Below, one piece after another: positions 63,066-64,000 of a stretch of DNA of 64,000 nt. Positions within the stretch are counted from its first letter, which is position 1, and each line of letters begins with the position of its first letter. The DNA is from an uncultured Gemmatimonadales bacterium (GTDB lineage: Bacteria > Gemmatimonadota > Gemmatimonadetes > Longimicrobiales > Gaopeijiaceae), in NCBI GenBank assembly GCA_963823035.1, contig CAWGKG010000023.1:128001-192000 (forward strand), in the 5' to 3' direction. The translations under genes and the position numbers were made by a program. The notes under the pieces are model-generated. The model had not been told where the DNA came from. It saw nothing but the letters and a program-made list of their open reading frames with translations, and ran no database searches.

Positions 63066-64000
63066 TCAGAAACCGAAGGTGTAGGAGACGTCGAGCCGGA
63101 TCTCCGGGTAGCTCACGTCACTGGCATGGAACCGATACCGGTGCTGGCTCCCGTCGAGCTTGATCGCCACCATCGGAACCGGGCGATAGACCACGCCCAA
63201 CGTCGCCTTGTCGAAGTGACCGTCGTCCGCGACGCCTGCCTCGGCGTCGCCGCCGAGCCTCTTCGCGGCGATCGTCTCGGGATTGCTGTACCAGTCCCAC
63301 TGCACGTAGGGCGCGAACTCGCCGCGGTCGGTCTCGATCGAATACCCGGCCCGCACGTACCACGTCTGCACCAGGAAGTCCGCCAGGGGCTCCACGTTGT
63401 CGGCGCTCGTGCGACTCCCCGAGGGGTTCTTGAGGAACCGTGCCAGCTGCTCGTCGTTCAGGTCGCCACCCGCCAGCACCGCGAGGACCGCCTCGGCGTC
63501 ACGCTGGGCCGTGTGGTGCGCGCGTGCGTACTCGAACTGCAGGGTCAGCGCGCCCAGCTCGGTCTGCGCGTACCCGTCGATGGCGCCGAAGTCGTCCGTG
63601 GCCATCCAGGGAAGCACGCCCGTCGCCGGAGAGCCGTCCCCGACGGAGACGTCGGAGTTGGCCGGCCCGCCGCTGCGATAGCCGCTCACGCCGACCTTGT
63701 ACTTGCCGTAGCCGAACATGTAGTTGACGTCGAAGCCCACGGGCGTGGCGTCGGCGAACACGTCGCCCTCTCCGTTGTCGTTGGACACGGCGTAGCTCAC
63801 GGTACCGGGGCCGAGCTCCGCGCTGCCGTGGACCATGACCGTCGTGGTGCGGCTGAGTAGAAGGTGGTCCTTGTCGAACATCTCCGGCGGCTCGATTCCG
63901 TAGTAGGTCGGCACGGCGTCGAGGATCTCGTTGTACAGGCCGAACTTCCGGTAGGTCTTCCCGAAGCGGATCGCGAAAAGGCGGTTGAGGGCCACCTCCC
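63066..64000 (-). CDS. Outer-membrane beta-barrel (porin-like), 5' end outside window
   Basis: Amphipathic beta-strands, IRFGK...FGLYNE, WYVRAGY, terminal LDVSYTFGF with C-terminal Phe. Confidence 0.8.
   Translation of the reverse strand, partial: EVALNRLFAIRFGKTYRKFGLYNEILDAVPTYYGIEPPEMFDKDHLLLSRTTTVMVHGSAELGPGTVSYAVSNDNGEGDVFADATPVGFDVNYMFGYGKYKVGVSGYRSGGPANSDVSVGDGSPATGVLPWMATDDFGAIDGYAQTELGALTLQFEYARAHHTAQRDAEAVLAVLAGGDLNDEQLARFLKNPSGSRTSADNVEPLADFLVQTWYVRAGYSIETDRGEFAPYVQWDWYSNPETIAAKRLGGDAEAGVADDGHFDKATLGVVYRPVPMVAIKLDGSQHRYRFHASDVSYPEIRLDVSYTFGF

Noticed and set aside
741..63860. Many long antisense or alternative-frame ORFs (e.g. 741..2186, 24399..26861, 28734..31244, 55552..57798)
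   Set aside because: Shadow ORFs expected at high GC; they have no motifs and lie over well-supported genes.
1..64000. CRISPR arrays, rRNA, tRNA, riboswitches, IS/integrase, prophage
   Set aside because: Intergenic gaps are short and I saw no repeat-spacer pattern, cloverleaf or recombinase motifs. A small ncRNA could be missed without an Rfam search.

Overview
A very GC-rich, gene-dense bacterial window. The gene content (PadR plus duplicated orphan permease, VPS10-type propeller, ECF sigma/TPR-kinase pair, many lipoproteins) suggests Gemmatimonadota or a similar lineage; this is inference. About 16 genes are split by frame breaks, most simply explained as uncorrected long-read indels, so I joined the fragments and treat them as intact. 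1-17.2 kb is a type VI secretion system locus: tssF (partial), tssE, tssA, tagJ, hcp, tssC, tssB, two tssK, tssL and tssM. It has three unusual extras: a TssB-TssC fusion lacking the inner sheath domain, a tail-anchored Pro-rich protein with a kinase-N-lobe-like head and repeated G-x-[FY]-T-R motifs, and a PrcB-like lipoprotein after tssM, with no tssJ in the window. A convergent operon follows (Ig-rich Ser/Thr kinase, apparently inactive trypsin-like protein, PPC lipoprotein). The rest is accessory: PadR/permease, hydrolases, TetR with tandem operators, mtnA plus class II aldolase plus MTA/SAH-type deaminase, a hybrid histidine kinase, a DUF2961-HEAT fusion, a kinase/ECF pair, LytS/LytTR, a four-gene B12-radical SAM/methyltransferase/Fe-2OG dioxygenase operon, and a porin/small PBP-like/MCP module. 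I saw no rRNA, tRNA, CRISPR array or transposase. All family assignments come from motif recognition by eye, not database searches.
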